Origin: Dehalococcoidia bacterium
Lineage (GTDB): Bacteria > Chloroflexota > Dehalococcoidia > JAUSIH01
Reading direction: 5' to 3'
DNA: 64,000 nt
NCBI GenBank assembly: GCA_030648205.1
Contig: JAUSIH010000046.1
Span: 1,370-65,369, forward strand
The notes beneath the pieces are model-generated. The model saw only the letters and a program-made list of their open reading frames with translations. It made no database searches and had not been told where the DNA came from. Of this stretch, positions 26,948-35,674 are shown piece by piece. A program made the position numbers and the translations under genes. Within the stretch, counting starts at the first letter, position 1; each line of letters begins with the position of its first letter.

Positions 26948-27133
26948 ATGACGCGCCGCGCCTTGCTTCGCCACCTCCACGGGCATGGTTGCGCGCTACT
27001 CCGCGAGGGCAGGAGACACTCCGTCTATTGGAACCAAGGCGCCCGCAGGACATCCACGGTGCCGCGCCATGTGGAGATATCCGAGAAGATGGTGCAGAAG
27101 ATATGCCAGGACTTGGGGATTCCACGGCCATGA
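26948..27133 (+). CDS. HicA-family toxin (YcfA-like mRNA interferase)
   Basis: MTRRALLRHLHGHGCALLREGRRHSVYWNQGARRTSTVPRHVEISEKMVQKICQDLGI matches the PF07927 pattern (GSH..Y, TVP.H, I..DLG). It starts 1 bp after the hicB stop. Confidence 0.7.
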   Translation: MTRRALLRHLHGHGCALLREGRRHSVYWNQGARRTSTVPRHVEISEKMVQKICQDLGIPRP

Positions 27134-27340
27134 GCCGCGCGGGGCGCGGTAAGAGGCGCTGACGCTGGTCTAACCCTTTCGTAAGCCCCCCGCTTGCCCT
27201 TTCTCCCCTCAATCGTCCACAATGGATGCACCGGAGACATCGGAGCACTCACGCCATCCAGGTCTCGGACATCGCCTGCCGCCAGGTCGCGACGCCGCGC
27301 ATGAGCGGCCCGGATTGAGCACGAGCACCAAAGGAGCGCC

Positions 27341-29389
27341 ATGCCGAACCGTCTGGTGAACGAGACAAGCCCTTACCTGCGCCAGCACGCGCATAACCCG
27401 GTGGACTGGTACCCGTGGGGCGAGGAGGCGCTGCAAAAGGCGCGGGCGGAGGACAAGCCCATCCTGCTGAGCATCGGGTACTCCGCGTGCCACTGGTGCC
27501 ACGTGATGGAGCGGGAGTCCTTCGAGGACCCGGCCATCGCGCGCCAGATGAACGAAGGCTTCGTCTCCATCAAGGTGGACAGGGAGGAGCGTCCCGACCT
27601 GGACGCGGTCTATATGCAGGCAGTCCAGGCCATGACCGGCCGGGGCGGCTGGCCGCTCACGGCTTTCCTGACGCCGGACTGCAAGCCCTTCTATGGCGGC
27701 ACCTACTTCCCGCCGGAGGACCGCCACGGCGGCCCCGGCTTCCCGCGCGTGCTGGCGGCGGTGGTCGAGGCCTACCATACGAAGCGGGCCGACCTGACGC
27801 GCGCCGCCGATCAGCTCGTGTCCAAGCTCCGAGAGAGCACGGACGTGCGCACCGACGGCGCGGCGCTTACCGCGGACCTCTCGCAACGGGCCTACAGCAC
27901 CATTTACGCCGGTTTTAATCGGCAGTCGGGCGGCTTCGGCGCGGCACCCAAGTTCCCCCAACCGATGACGCACGAGTTCGTGCTGCGTTCCTGGGCCCGC
28001 ACCCGCGACCCGGAGGCCCTGGAGATGGTGGAGTTCACGCTGGCCGTGATGGCGATGGGCGGCATCTACGACCACCTCGGCGGCGGGTTCCATCGCTACT
28101 CCACGGACGACATTTGGCTGGTCCCGCACTTCGAGAAGATGCTCTACGACAACGCCCTCCTTGCGCGGCTGTACCTGCACGCCTACCAGGCGACGGGCAG
28201 GCCGTTCTATCGGCGCGTCGCTGAGGAGACGCTGGACTACGTGCTGCGCGAGATGACCAGCCCGGAGGGCGGGTTCTATTCCAGCCAGGATGCGGACAGC
28301 GAGGACGTGGAGGGCAAGTTTTACGTCTGGACACCCCGGCAGGTCAGGGACATCCTGGGCAAGGACGGCGACGTCTTTTGCCGCTACTTCGACGTCACGG
28401 AACAGGGCAACTTCGAGGGGCAGAACATCCTGCACGTGCTCACGCCGCCGGACGCGCTGGCGCGGGAGATGGGCGTGCCGGAGGACGAGATGGCCCGCGT
28501 CGTGGGCGAAGGACGTCGCAAGCTGCTGGAGGCCCGCCGGAAGCGCGTGCCCCCAGCCCGCGACGACAAGGTGCTGACCGCGTGGAACGCCATGACTCTT
28601 CGAAGCCTCGCGGAGGCGGCGGCCGTGCTGGGTCGCGACGACTATCGCCGGGCGGCGGTCGCTAACGCCTCTCTCCTCCTGACCGCGCTGCGTCCCCAGG
28701 GCCGCCTGCTGCGCTCGTACAAGGACGGCCAGGCGCGCGGCAAGGGCTACCTGGAGGACTACGCGTGCCTTGTGGACGGGCTGCTCGCCCTCTACGAGGC
28801 CACCTTCGAGCGGCGGTGGTTCGACGAGGCGCGCTCGCTGGCGGACCAGATGCTTGAGCTGTTCTGGGAGCCGGCGCAGGGCGTCTTCTACGACACGGGC
28901 CGCGACCATGAGGCGCTCGTGTTCCGTCCCCGCGACGTCTTCGACAACGCGACGCCTTGCGGCGGGTCGGTGGCCGCGGACGTCCTGCTCCGCCTGGCGA
29001 CGCTGACCGGCGAGGAGAGCTACGCCAGCCGCGCCGTGGCGGCCCTCGACTCCGTGCACGGCCATATGACTCAGTACCCGCTGGGCCTCGGACACTGGCT
29101 CTGCGCGCTCAGCTACCATCTGGCGACGCCCAAAGAGATCGCCATCATCGGCCCGCGCGACCATCCGGCCACCCGCGCCCTGGCGCACGCCGCGCACCGG
29201 CCCTTCGTTCCGCACAAGGTTATCGCCGGGTGCGCCCCGGACGACTCTTCCGCGGAAGGGGATGGCATCCCGCTGCTCAAGGGCAGGGGCATGGTCAACG
29301 GGCGTCCCACGGCCTATGTCTGCGAGCGGAACACCTGTAAGCTCCCCGTCACCGATCCGGATGCGCTGCTCAAGCAGATGGGGGAGTAG
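27341..29389 (+). CDS. thioredoxin-domain protein YyaL-like (DUF255 N-terminal Trx-like domain plus six-hairpin glycosidase-like C-terminal domain)
   Basis: [45 protein letters not shown] is the signature N-terminus of the family; 682 aa. Confidence 0.85.
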   Translation: MPNRLVNETSPYLRQHAHNPVDWYPWGEEALQKARAEDKPILLSIGYSACHWCHVMERESFEDPAIARQMNEGFVSIKVDREERPDLDAVYMQAVQAMTGRGGWPLTAFLTPDCKPFYGGTYFPPEDRHGGPGFPRVLAAVVEAYHTKRADLTRAADQLVSKLRESTDVRTDGAALTADLSQRAYSTIYAGFNRQSGGFGAAPKFPQPMTHEFVLRSWARTRDPEALEMVEFTLAVMAMGGIYDHLGGGFHRYSTDDIWLVPHFEKMLYDNALLARLYLHAYQATGRPFYRRVAEETLDYVLREMTSPEGGFYSSQDADSEDVEGKFYVWTPRQVRDILGKDGDVFCRYFDVTEQGNFEGQNILHVLTPPDALAREMGVPEDEMARVVGEGRRKLLEARRKRVPPARDDKVLTAWNAMTLRSLAEAAAVLGRDDYRRAAVANASLLLTALRPQGRLLRSYKDGQARGKGYLEDYACLVDGLLALYEATFERRWFDEARSLADQMLELFWEPAQGVFYDTGRDHEALVFRPRDVFDNATPCGGSVAADVLLRLATLTGEESYASRAVAALDSVHGHMTQYPLGLGHWLCALSYHLATPKEIAIIGPRDHPATRALAHAAHRPFVPHKVIAGCAPDDSSAEGDGIPLLKGRGMVNGRPTAYVCERNTCKLPVTDPDALLKQMGE

Positions 29390-30124
29390 ATGGAGCGTCC
29401 CGTCCAGTTTGCAAGCGACGGCCTGCGCGTCAGGGGCGACATGCATATTGTCGGCCCCGCTGCTCCGTGGGTGGTCATGTCGCATGGGCTGGAGAGCAGC
29501 AAAGACGGGGACAAGTGGCCCGTGCTGGCGGGCGCGCTCGTCCAGGTGGGCATCAGCGCGCTGCGGTTTAACCATCGCGGCTGCGGCCAGGGCCCACAGG
29601 CCAGCGAGGGTGCGTTCCAGGACACGACGCTGACCGGACGCATCGCCGATTTCCGCGCCGCGCTGGACATGGCGGCCTCAACGGCAGGAGACGGCCCCGA
29701 TCGTATCGGGGCGGTAGGATCCAGCTTCGGCGGGATGGTCGTCGCGGCGGCGCGCGACCCGCGGGTGCGTGTACTGGCCCTGCTGGCGACGCCCGTGGCG
29801 ATACCCGCGCCCGCCGCGCAGGAGATCGTGGACGGCTACCACTACCTCCAGTCGGGCAGCCGCCTCTGCGCGGGGTTCTTCCGGGACGTGGCGCGGTACG
29901 ATATACTGGCGGCGGTGCGGGACTTCCGTGGGCCTGTCCTGGTGGTGCACGGCGACAGGGACGACGTGGTGCCGGTGGAGCATGCGGTGCGTCTGCACGA
30001 CGCCGCTCGCGGCCCGAAGCGGCTTGAGGTCATCCCAGGCGCCGACCACGTCTTCAGTGCGCCGGAGCACCGTGAGCGGGCCGTCGCGCTGTGCGTGGAG
30101 TGGTTCAAGACTCATCTTGCCTGA
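29390..30124 (+). CDS. alpha/beta-fold hydrolase
   Basis: VVMSHGLES...GSSFGGMVV (nucleophile elbow GxSxG)...VVHGDRDDVVP...GADHVF (catalytic His). It abuts the yyaL-like gene. Confidence 0.75.
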   Translation: MERPVQFASDGLRVRGDMHIVGPAAPWVVMSHGLESSKDGDKWPVLAGALVQVGISALRFNHRGCGQGPQASEGAFQDTTLTGRIADFRAALDMAASTAGDGPDRIGAVGSSFGGMVVAAARDPRVRVLALLATPVAIPAPAAQEIVDGYHYLQSGSRLCAGFFRDVARYDILAAVRDFRGPVLVVHGDRDDVVPVEHAVRLHDAARGPKRLEVIPGADHVFSAPEHRERAVALCVEWFKTHLA

Positions 30125-30138
30125 GCAAGGAGACGTCC

Positions 30139-30660
30139 GTGACTCTACAGTCGTTCCTGTCCACGTCCCTGAAGGAGCTGCATCAGTGTCTGGACGACGC
30201 CACCAGAGGGCTGACGTCGGAGCAGCTCCACTGGCGGCCCGGGGGTCGGGTGAACCACATCGGATTCACGCTCTGGCACTACGCACGCACGCAGGACAAC
30301 GTCATCCGATTCGTCGTTCAACGCCGGCCCACCATCTGGATGGAGGGCGGATGGGACAAGCGGTTCGGCCTGGACTCCAAGTCCCAAGGAACGGGCATGA
30401 GCCAGGAGGACGCCTTCAAGCTCCGCATCAACTCGCTCGACGACTTCCGTACGTATATGCGCCAGGTCTTCAAGGAGACCGAGGCCTACGTCGCGAACGT
30501 CCAGGAGGCGGAGCTGGAGCGCATGCTGCTGGTCAAGCCGCTCGGGGAGATGCCTGTGCGACAGGTGCTGGGCAGGCCCGTTGTGACCCACGGCTTCGGC
30601 CACCTGGGGGAGATATACACCATCCGCAGTGCGATGGGCATGCCGGGGAACCCCATCTAG
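30139..30660 (+). CDS. DinB/YfiT-like (DinB_2) four-helix-bundle metal-dependent protein
   Basis: A GTG start at 30139 with the SD aaggagacg avoids overlap with the upstream gene. The protein has HIGFTLWHYARTQD and a C-terminal HGFGHLGEIYTIR, both DinB_2-type His motifs. Confidence 0.65.
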   Translation: MTLQSFLSTSLKELHQCLDDATRGLTSEQLHWRPGGRVNHIGFTLWHYARTQDNVIRFVVQRRPTIWMEGGWDKRFGLDSKSQGTGMSQEDAFKLRINSLDDFRTYMRQVFKETEAYVANVQEAELERMLLVKPLGEMPVRQVLGRPVVTHGFGHLGEIYTIRSAMGMPGNPI

Positions 30661-30768
30661 CGGGGCGCGCCGGGCTGCTCAGACGCTTGACGGAAGTCTG
30701 TTGCCGCGCTAGAGTCTGAAACGTTGGAAGGGACAGCCGTCCGCTTCCACGGGTGAAAGGAGGCTCCT

Positions 30769-31380
30769 ATGGCCGTAGCCACAACCATCCGCATGAAGTC
30801 GCCCGTCGCCAGTGCGCCGGACACCAGGAACCGCCTCGCGCCGCTCGTGGACGACGTGCGCGGCAAGGCAGCCGGTTTCCGCGTCCAGTGGAGCAGCTTC
30901 GACGTGTTCATGAAACGCTTTGAGGAGCTGCTGATGGAGCGCAAGCAGCCGCGGTCCGTCCATATCATGGACCAGAACTGGGAGTCTCCCGCCGTCATCA
31001 AGAAGGGCCTCAAGATGAATTACGCGGACCCGGGCTGGGCCAAAGAGTGGGACGAGTTCGCCAAGAACGCGGACTGGGCGGTGGTTGGGTTGGCGGCCTG
31101 AGGCGGCTGCACCTCGTGGAGTATCCACGACACGGTCGAAGCCCAGAAGCGCGGCATCCCGACTGTGACCATCGTCACCGAGCAGTTCGTCAGCCTCGCC
31201 AAGAGCGTCGCGAAGTCCATGGGCTATCCCGACCTGCCGATGGTGGTCGTCCCGCACCCGTTCGAGACCCTTTCTCACGACACGATCCGCAAGATCGCGG
31301 AAGAGAAGTACGACGAGATTCTCTCCAAGGTGCAGAAGGCCAAGGAAGTGCGCGTGCCCGCCCAGGGCGCGGCCTCGTAG
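30769..31380 (+). CDS. putative selenoprotein with a UxxC redox motif (UGSC-family-like); in-frame TGA at 31099-31101 read as Sec
   Basis: ORFs 30769-31101 and 31165-31380 are in the same frame, joined only by the TGA. The joined product reads ...WAVVGLAA-U-GGCTSWSIHDTVEAQKRGIPTVTIVTEQ.... A hairpin tcgtgga-gta-tccacga begins 13 nt after the TGA. Confidence 0.6.
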
Positions 31381-31390
31381 CTCGAACGTC

Positions 31391-32452
31391 ATGACTACTG
31401 AGTACATCGAGGTCGAAAACGACATAGACAAGGCGTTTCAGGCCGCGTACGAGCAGGGCTGGACGGACGGTCTGCCCGTCATTCCGCCCACGGAGCAGCG
31501 CGTGGCGGCCATGCTGGCGACGGTGGACCGTAAGCCGAGCGACGTCATCGGCCTGCTACCGCCCCGGAACGGGCAGGCTATCGTCGAGAAGGTGGCGGTC
31601 AGCGCGGTCATGGCGGGATGTCTGCCGTCCTATTTCCCCGTGGTGGTGGCGGCCATCGAAGCCGCCGCCGACCCCGCGGTCTATCTGCGCGGCATCAACT
31701 CCACCACGAACCCGGTGGCGCCTTTGCTGATCATCAACGGGCCTATCCGCAAGGAGATTGAGGTCAACTGTAGCTGGAGCGTGATGGGGCCGGGGCCACG
31801 CGCCAACGCCACCATCGGGCGCGCGTTCAGCCTGTGCATGATCAACATCGCGGGGCGCATCCCCGGCGAGGTCACGAAGTCCACGCACGCATCGCCGGGG
31901 CGCTACACGTGGTGCATCGGCGAGTACGAGGAGAAAAGCCCGTGGGAGCCGCTGCACGTGGAGCGCGGCTTCAAGAAGGAGGACAGCACAGTCACGCTGC
32001 TCGCTCCGACGGGCCACATCAACGCGCTGGACATGCTGGGCCAGACCGGCGACGAAATCCTGACCATGATCACGTCGTGCCTCAGCCTGATGGCGAGCAA
32101 CAACTTCTTCAACCGCTACGGCGAGGGCGACATGGGCGTCATCCTCTGCCCGGCGCACGCGGACATCATCAAACGCGACATCGGCGGCAAGCAGAAGGCG
32201 AAGGAAGCGCTGCTGGAGAAGACGAGCCGATGGATTCGGATGGCGGACATTCCGCCGCATCTCAAGGCGGCCGTTGAAGGGCTGAACCCTGGCTCGAAGC
32301 AGATCGAGGGCGAGTTCGCCCGGCTGGCGGCCCGCGCCGACCAGTTCGTGCTGGTGGTCGCGGGCGGCCTCGGCGGGTATCACTCCGTGGCGCTGCCCAC
32401 GTTCGGCGGGCCGCAGACCATCACGTGGGCCATCAAGGCGAAGAAGCGGTAG
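31391..32452 (+). CDS. conserved hypothetical protein (353 aa), probably co-transcribed with the upstream UxxC selenoprotein; its 3' end is duplicated ~1.2 kb downstream
   Basis: The ATG lies 11 bp after the selenoprotein stop. No confident family assignment from sequence. The C-terminal ...ARLAARADQFVLVVAGGLGGYHSVALPTFGGPQTITWAIKAKKR is duplicated at 33492-33638. Confidence 0.55.
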   Translation: MTTEYIEVENDIDKAFQAAYEQGWTDGLPVIPPTEQRVAAMLATVDRKPSDVIGLLPPRNGQAIVEKVAVSAVMAGCLPSYFPVVVAAIEAAADPAVYLRGINSTTNPVAPLLIINGPIRKEIEVNCSWSVMGPGPRANATIGRAFSLCMINIAGRIPGEVTKSTHASPGRYTWCIGEYEEKSPWEPLHVERGFKKEDSTVTLLAPTGHINALDMLGQTGDEILTMITSCLSLMASNNFFNRYGEGDMGVILCPAHADIIKRDIGGKQKAKEALLEKTSRWIRMADIPPHLKAAVEGLNPGSKQIEGEFARLAARADQFVLVVAGGLGGYHSVALPTFGGPQTITWAIKAKKR

Positions 32453-32690
32453 GGCCGTCCGGTCAGAGCGGCCTGACTCCAGAGGCGCCAGCACCAAAAC
32501 GGGGTGGCCCGAACTAGAAGGGGCCACCCCGTTTCTCTTTGACATGGCGGAACGATTGCCTATTGGGAGTCGCCTTGCGGCTTGAGGCCCCTGTGGTGGG
32601 TTCTCTGGACAGCACTCGAACCTGCTACGGCCTGACCTTGTGCCGCAGGCTGAGGCGACTGCTAAACATGAAGTAAGAGCTCACGCACCG
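32302..32690. repeat. direct repeat copy A (~380 bp): the 3' end of gene 31391-32452 plus ~240 bp downstream
   Basis: ggctggcggcccgcgccgaccagttcgtgct...aaggcgaagaagcggtag...ggtcagagcggcctgactccaga[g]gcgccagcaccaaaacgggg... is repeated at 33492-33850 at ~85-90% identity. Confidence 0.7.
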
Positions 32691-32740
32691 TGGCGTTGAT
32701 GCAACGGCCTACCATGTGGTTGCCACGCGCCGACAGCCCT

Positions 32741-33208
32741 CTACGCCAGTTGCAGTCCGAGAAAATACGTTCGGTAGTACCCACGGTCTCTGGTCAGCAG
32801 TCGGTCAGCATGGAGGGTAGCATGGGCACCGATGAGGAAATCGGCCACGACGTGTTGGCGTGGGATGAGATGTGCTCCACACCTCGCGCAGTGAATGTCC
32901 TGTGAAGTTCCACAGGAAGGGCAAACCAGGGAATCTGGCCGCCGGCGCAGGTACTCGCGCCATGCCTTGCCTGCCAGGTAGAGGGCCTCGGTGCCCGAGG
33001 GCTGTAGTCGGATACCGGTATCTTCCAGGAACCGGTCCAGTTCCTCACGAGCGGGGAAATGGGGAGACAGCTCCGCGTAAACGGCTTCGGAGACGACCGT
33101 CGCGCCAGCTCTAAGGGACTCGGTCAGGGCCTGCTCTGAGGCGTCTCCGTGCGGAGCACCAGGGACAAGGACGTCCAGGAGGATGTTCGTGTCCACCGCA
33201 GTGATCAC
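32741..33208 (-). CDS. VapC-family PIN-domain toxin with an inserted CxxC...CxxC zinc-ribbon
   Basis: MITAVDTNILLDVL (PIN acidic residues) and a C-terminal ...DFLIGAHA. The inserted segment is CPSCGTSQDIHCARCG. It overlaps vapB by 4 bp. Confidence 0.7.
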   Translation of the reverse strand: MITAVDTNILLDVLVPGAPHGDASEQALTESLRAGATVVSEAVYAELSPHFPAREELDRFLEDTGIRLQPSGTEALYLAGKAWREYLRRRPDSLVCPSCGTSQDIHCARCGAHLIPRQHVVADFLIGAHATLHADRLLTRDRGYYRTYFLGLQLA

Positions 33209-33444
33209 TGCCCGCGCATCTCCTTGACAAGCTCGTCGGGATCCTGCTCCGTCAGGTTTTTCAGGTAGCCCCTATACTTTTTGAGCGGAGCGGGAGGGAG
33301 GCGCTTCCTGAGGCGGAACACGCCATCTTCCTCCATGAATTCCAGTTTGTCTCCTGGCCGGAGCCCCATGCGCTCGCGGACCTCTTTGGGGATGGTCACC
33401 TGTCCTTTGGTGGTAATCCTCGTCATAGCCATGTCTGCCCTCAC
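33205..33444 (-). CDS. AbrB/MazE/SpoVT-family antitoxin (VapB-like)
   Basis: RITTKGQVTIPKEVRERMGLRPGDKLEFMEEDGVFRLRK matches the swapped-hairpin beta-barrel signature. Confidence 0.7.
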   Translation of the reverse strand: MRADMAMTRITTKGQVTIPKEVRERMGLRPGDKLEFMEEDGVFRLRKRLPPAPLKKYRGYLKNLTEQDPDELVKEMRGQ

Positions 33445-33491
33445 GGTAAGGAATTAATTCCTTACTCTATTGTAAGGGAAGGCGCGCATTG

Positions 33492-33850
33492 ATGCAACTG
33501 GCATCGAGGCTGGCGGCCCGCGCCGACCAGTTCGTGCTCGTGGTCGCGGGCGGCCTCGGCGGGTATCACTCCGTGGCGCTGCCGACGTTCGGCGGGCCGC
33601 AGACCATCACGCGGGTGATCAAGGCGAAGAAGCGGTAGTGCCATCTGGTCAGAGCGGCCTGACTCCAGAGTCGCCAGCACCAAAACGGGGGGCCTATTTA
33701 GCTTAGGCCGCCCCGTTTCTCGTTGCCGTGTCGGAAAGATTGGCTATTGGGAATCGCCTCGCGGCTCGAGTCCCCTGTGGTGGGCGTCAGGGGACAGTGC
33801 TCGAACTTTCTGCAGTCTGAGTTGGCGGCTGGGGGCGGCTGCTGGCTACA
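33492..33850. repeat. direct repeat copy B (~360 bp), a diverged duplicate of 32302-32690 that includes a 3' fragment of gene 31391-32452
   Basis: It encodes ...QLASRLAARADQFVLVVAGGLGGYHSVALPTFGGPQTITRVIKAKKR* in the + frame. It carries a 13-bp deletion relative to copy A and ends 2 bp before the stop of the low-GC gene at 33853. Confidence 0.7.
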
Positions 33851-33852
33851 TC

Positions 33853-35130
33853 CTACGGCACAGGCTTCATTCGGAGTCGGCTGTCGATATTTCTCACACC
33901 GCAGGCAATCTGATCACATAGCCATTCTAGACTCAAGAACTCAGCGAACAATCTGCCAAAGAACCCGCGACTAACTCTGCAGTCCGTTTCCTTCGATCCA
34001 GACATTTGCCAACCAAGATTGCGTAGTCTCAGTACACAATTGTCTTCATCTAGCAGCTCCGCCGATAATCCTAGGGAGTTGAACCGCTCCTCAAGTACCT
34101 TGGTGTCAACGACGATCGCGATAAACAGTTTCCCAAGGTAGAACTCCCACAGTGCGTCCAGATTGTGGATGGACAACGTGAAAGGATAGTAGGCGGAATT
34201 CTGCCATTTGAAATCGTTAACAATTGCCAGCATTGGCTGCCCCTTACACCTCTGTCTGACCGAGGCCATCCAATCCAGTCTGGATTCGCACATCACCACA
34301 TAGAAAAGGCCCTTTTCCACTTCTTCCCAGTTAAGGCCACATTCCTTAGCCCGTCGAATGATACCGTCTAGCCTCTTTCTATGGTTCACCTCTTCGCTAC
34401 ACACGGCGAATCTATTGAACTCGCCGTGTATTCCATATAGGTCGTGTGTCACGTCGGTCTTCAAGTAGTCCACTACTCTCTTGATATTTGCAGACTGCCT
34501 CCTTGCTCTCTGGTTCCTATGCGTTCCTGACTTCACTTCAACAATGGCGAACAGCTTGTCTCCTTGCCCCGCAGTGATGTCGCCATAACGGAGGCAATGA
34601 GTGACGTCATTCAATATGCCAACGCCACCCAGCTTAAATATCTTTTGCAATACACGCCATTCTTTTCGCAAGCCGGCCTTCCCGGATACGAAACCAGATG
34701 CCTCCTTAAAACGCATAGGCTTGATGTCGTACTTGTCGCCATATGTGAACGCGAGGGCGTCTCCGATATCCTTCAGAATATGCAGCACTCGCTTGTACCC
34801 TTCTAGCTTGCTGCTTCGAGCTTTGATAGCGCTCTTGATCTGACGCTGGTGGATTCTGTCTGCGTCCGAACCTGCGTATCCACTCAAGACCGCCTTGGCA
34901 CTCTTGATCTGTAATCTGGTGACGCGTATCTGAGTTTCGACATGCTTGATTCTTTCCAAGAGCGTTCTCTGCAAACTCAGGCATGTTATTCTCGCCGATG
35001 ATGGGTCCGCATTTAGACGATGGACGAGAGCCATCATATCCATCACCGACCGTTTGTAACGACTCACAATTGGGGGCAGAGATGAGACTAAGTCGCGTTC
35101 GCGCCGTCTATCCCCTACTGCTTGGATCAT
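33853..35130 (-). CDS. hypothetical protein (425 aa) with an N-terminal coiled coil and a putative PD-(D/E)xK nuclease motif; encoded in a low-GC (~47%) insertion
   Basis: YGDITAGQGDKLFAIVEVKSG fits the D...(D/E)xK restriction-endonuclease-fold core. Composition (K/I/N-rich) and GC differ sharply from the ~68% GC flanks. The N-terminal start is uncertain (alternative M30). Confidence 0.5.
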   Translation of the reverse strand: MIQAVGDRRRERDLVSSLPPIVSRYKRSVMDMMALVHRLNADPSSARITCLSLQRTLLERIKHVETQIRVTRLQIKSAKAVLSGYAGSDADRIHQRQIKSAIKARSSKLEGYKRVLHILKDIGDALAFTYGDKYDIKPMRFKEASGFVSGKAGLRKEWRVLQKIFKLGGVGILNDVTHCLRYGDITAGQGDKLFAIVEVKSGTHRNQRARRQSANIKRVVDYLKTDVTHDLYGIHGEFNRFAVCSEEVNHRKRLDGIIRRAKECGLNWEEVEKGLFYVVMCESRLDWMASVRQRCKGQPMLAIVNDFKWQNSAYYPFTLSIHNLDALWEFYLGKLFIAIVVDTKVLEERFNSLGLSAELLDEDNCVLRLRNLGWQMSGSKETDCRVSRGFFGRLFAEFLSLEWLCDQIACGVRNIDSRLRMKPVP

Positions 35131-35338
35131 CGTCTCTCTGCCTAGGTGCGGTGTTGCAATAATCCTTCACATTATGGGCGTTGTGATTCTCAACTGCTAC
35201 GACTGCCCTCGGAAGCATCCGCCCCGCGCCAATTCTAGCCCTGCAGAGCCTGCCCCGTCCACCGCCAACGCATGTTAGAGCGCGGTGCCTCACTATCGGT
35301 GTTTCACGCCCGCCCGGACGTCGCGCTGCTCGTCCGCG

Positions 35339-35581
35339 CTAAGGGCCGGAGCGTGGATCGGGCCGTCGCCCGTGGCTTTGGTCAGTCCTTCGATGGCTGC
35401 TACTCAGAATGCCGAGAAGGGGAGAGCCGGTCCCGACCAGGAACCCGAAGTCATACCAGTTGCCGCTTCTGGCGACGCTGTACAGAGGAAACTCGCCCCA
35501 GCCGCCGAAGACGTGGACGATGAGGACGATCCAGGCCGTGAGGCCGTTCCAGAGTCCCCACAGGACGTCTTGCCACCACAT
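35339..35581 (-). CDS. possible small membrane protein (80 aa)
   Basis: MWWQDVLWGLWNGLTAWIVLIVHVFGGW: one hydrophobic helix. It lies downstream of the cytochrome c gene on the same strand. Weak support. Confidence 0.3.
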   Translation of the reverse strand: MWWQDVLWGLWNGLTAWIVLIVHVFGGWGEFPLYSVARSGNWYDFGFLVGTGSPLLGILSSSHRRTDQSHGRRPDPRSGP

Positions 35582-35674
35582 GATGCTCCTCTCCTTCCGA
35601 TGGAATCAGGACATCCACTTCGCCAACTTTGTAGAACCAAACAGCGGGTCTTCGCGTTTGGCGCGCCCGCGCCT

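Noticed and set aside
27209-29575. 788-aa minus-strand ORF
   Set aside because: It is antisense to the YyaL-like thioredoxin-domain gene, which has unmistakable motifs on the + strand.
33462-33683. 73-aa minus-strand ORF
   Set aside because: It lies inside repeat copy B and is antisense to the duplicated 3' fragment of gene 31391-32452. It is a by-product of the duplication.
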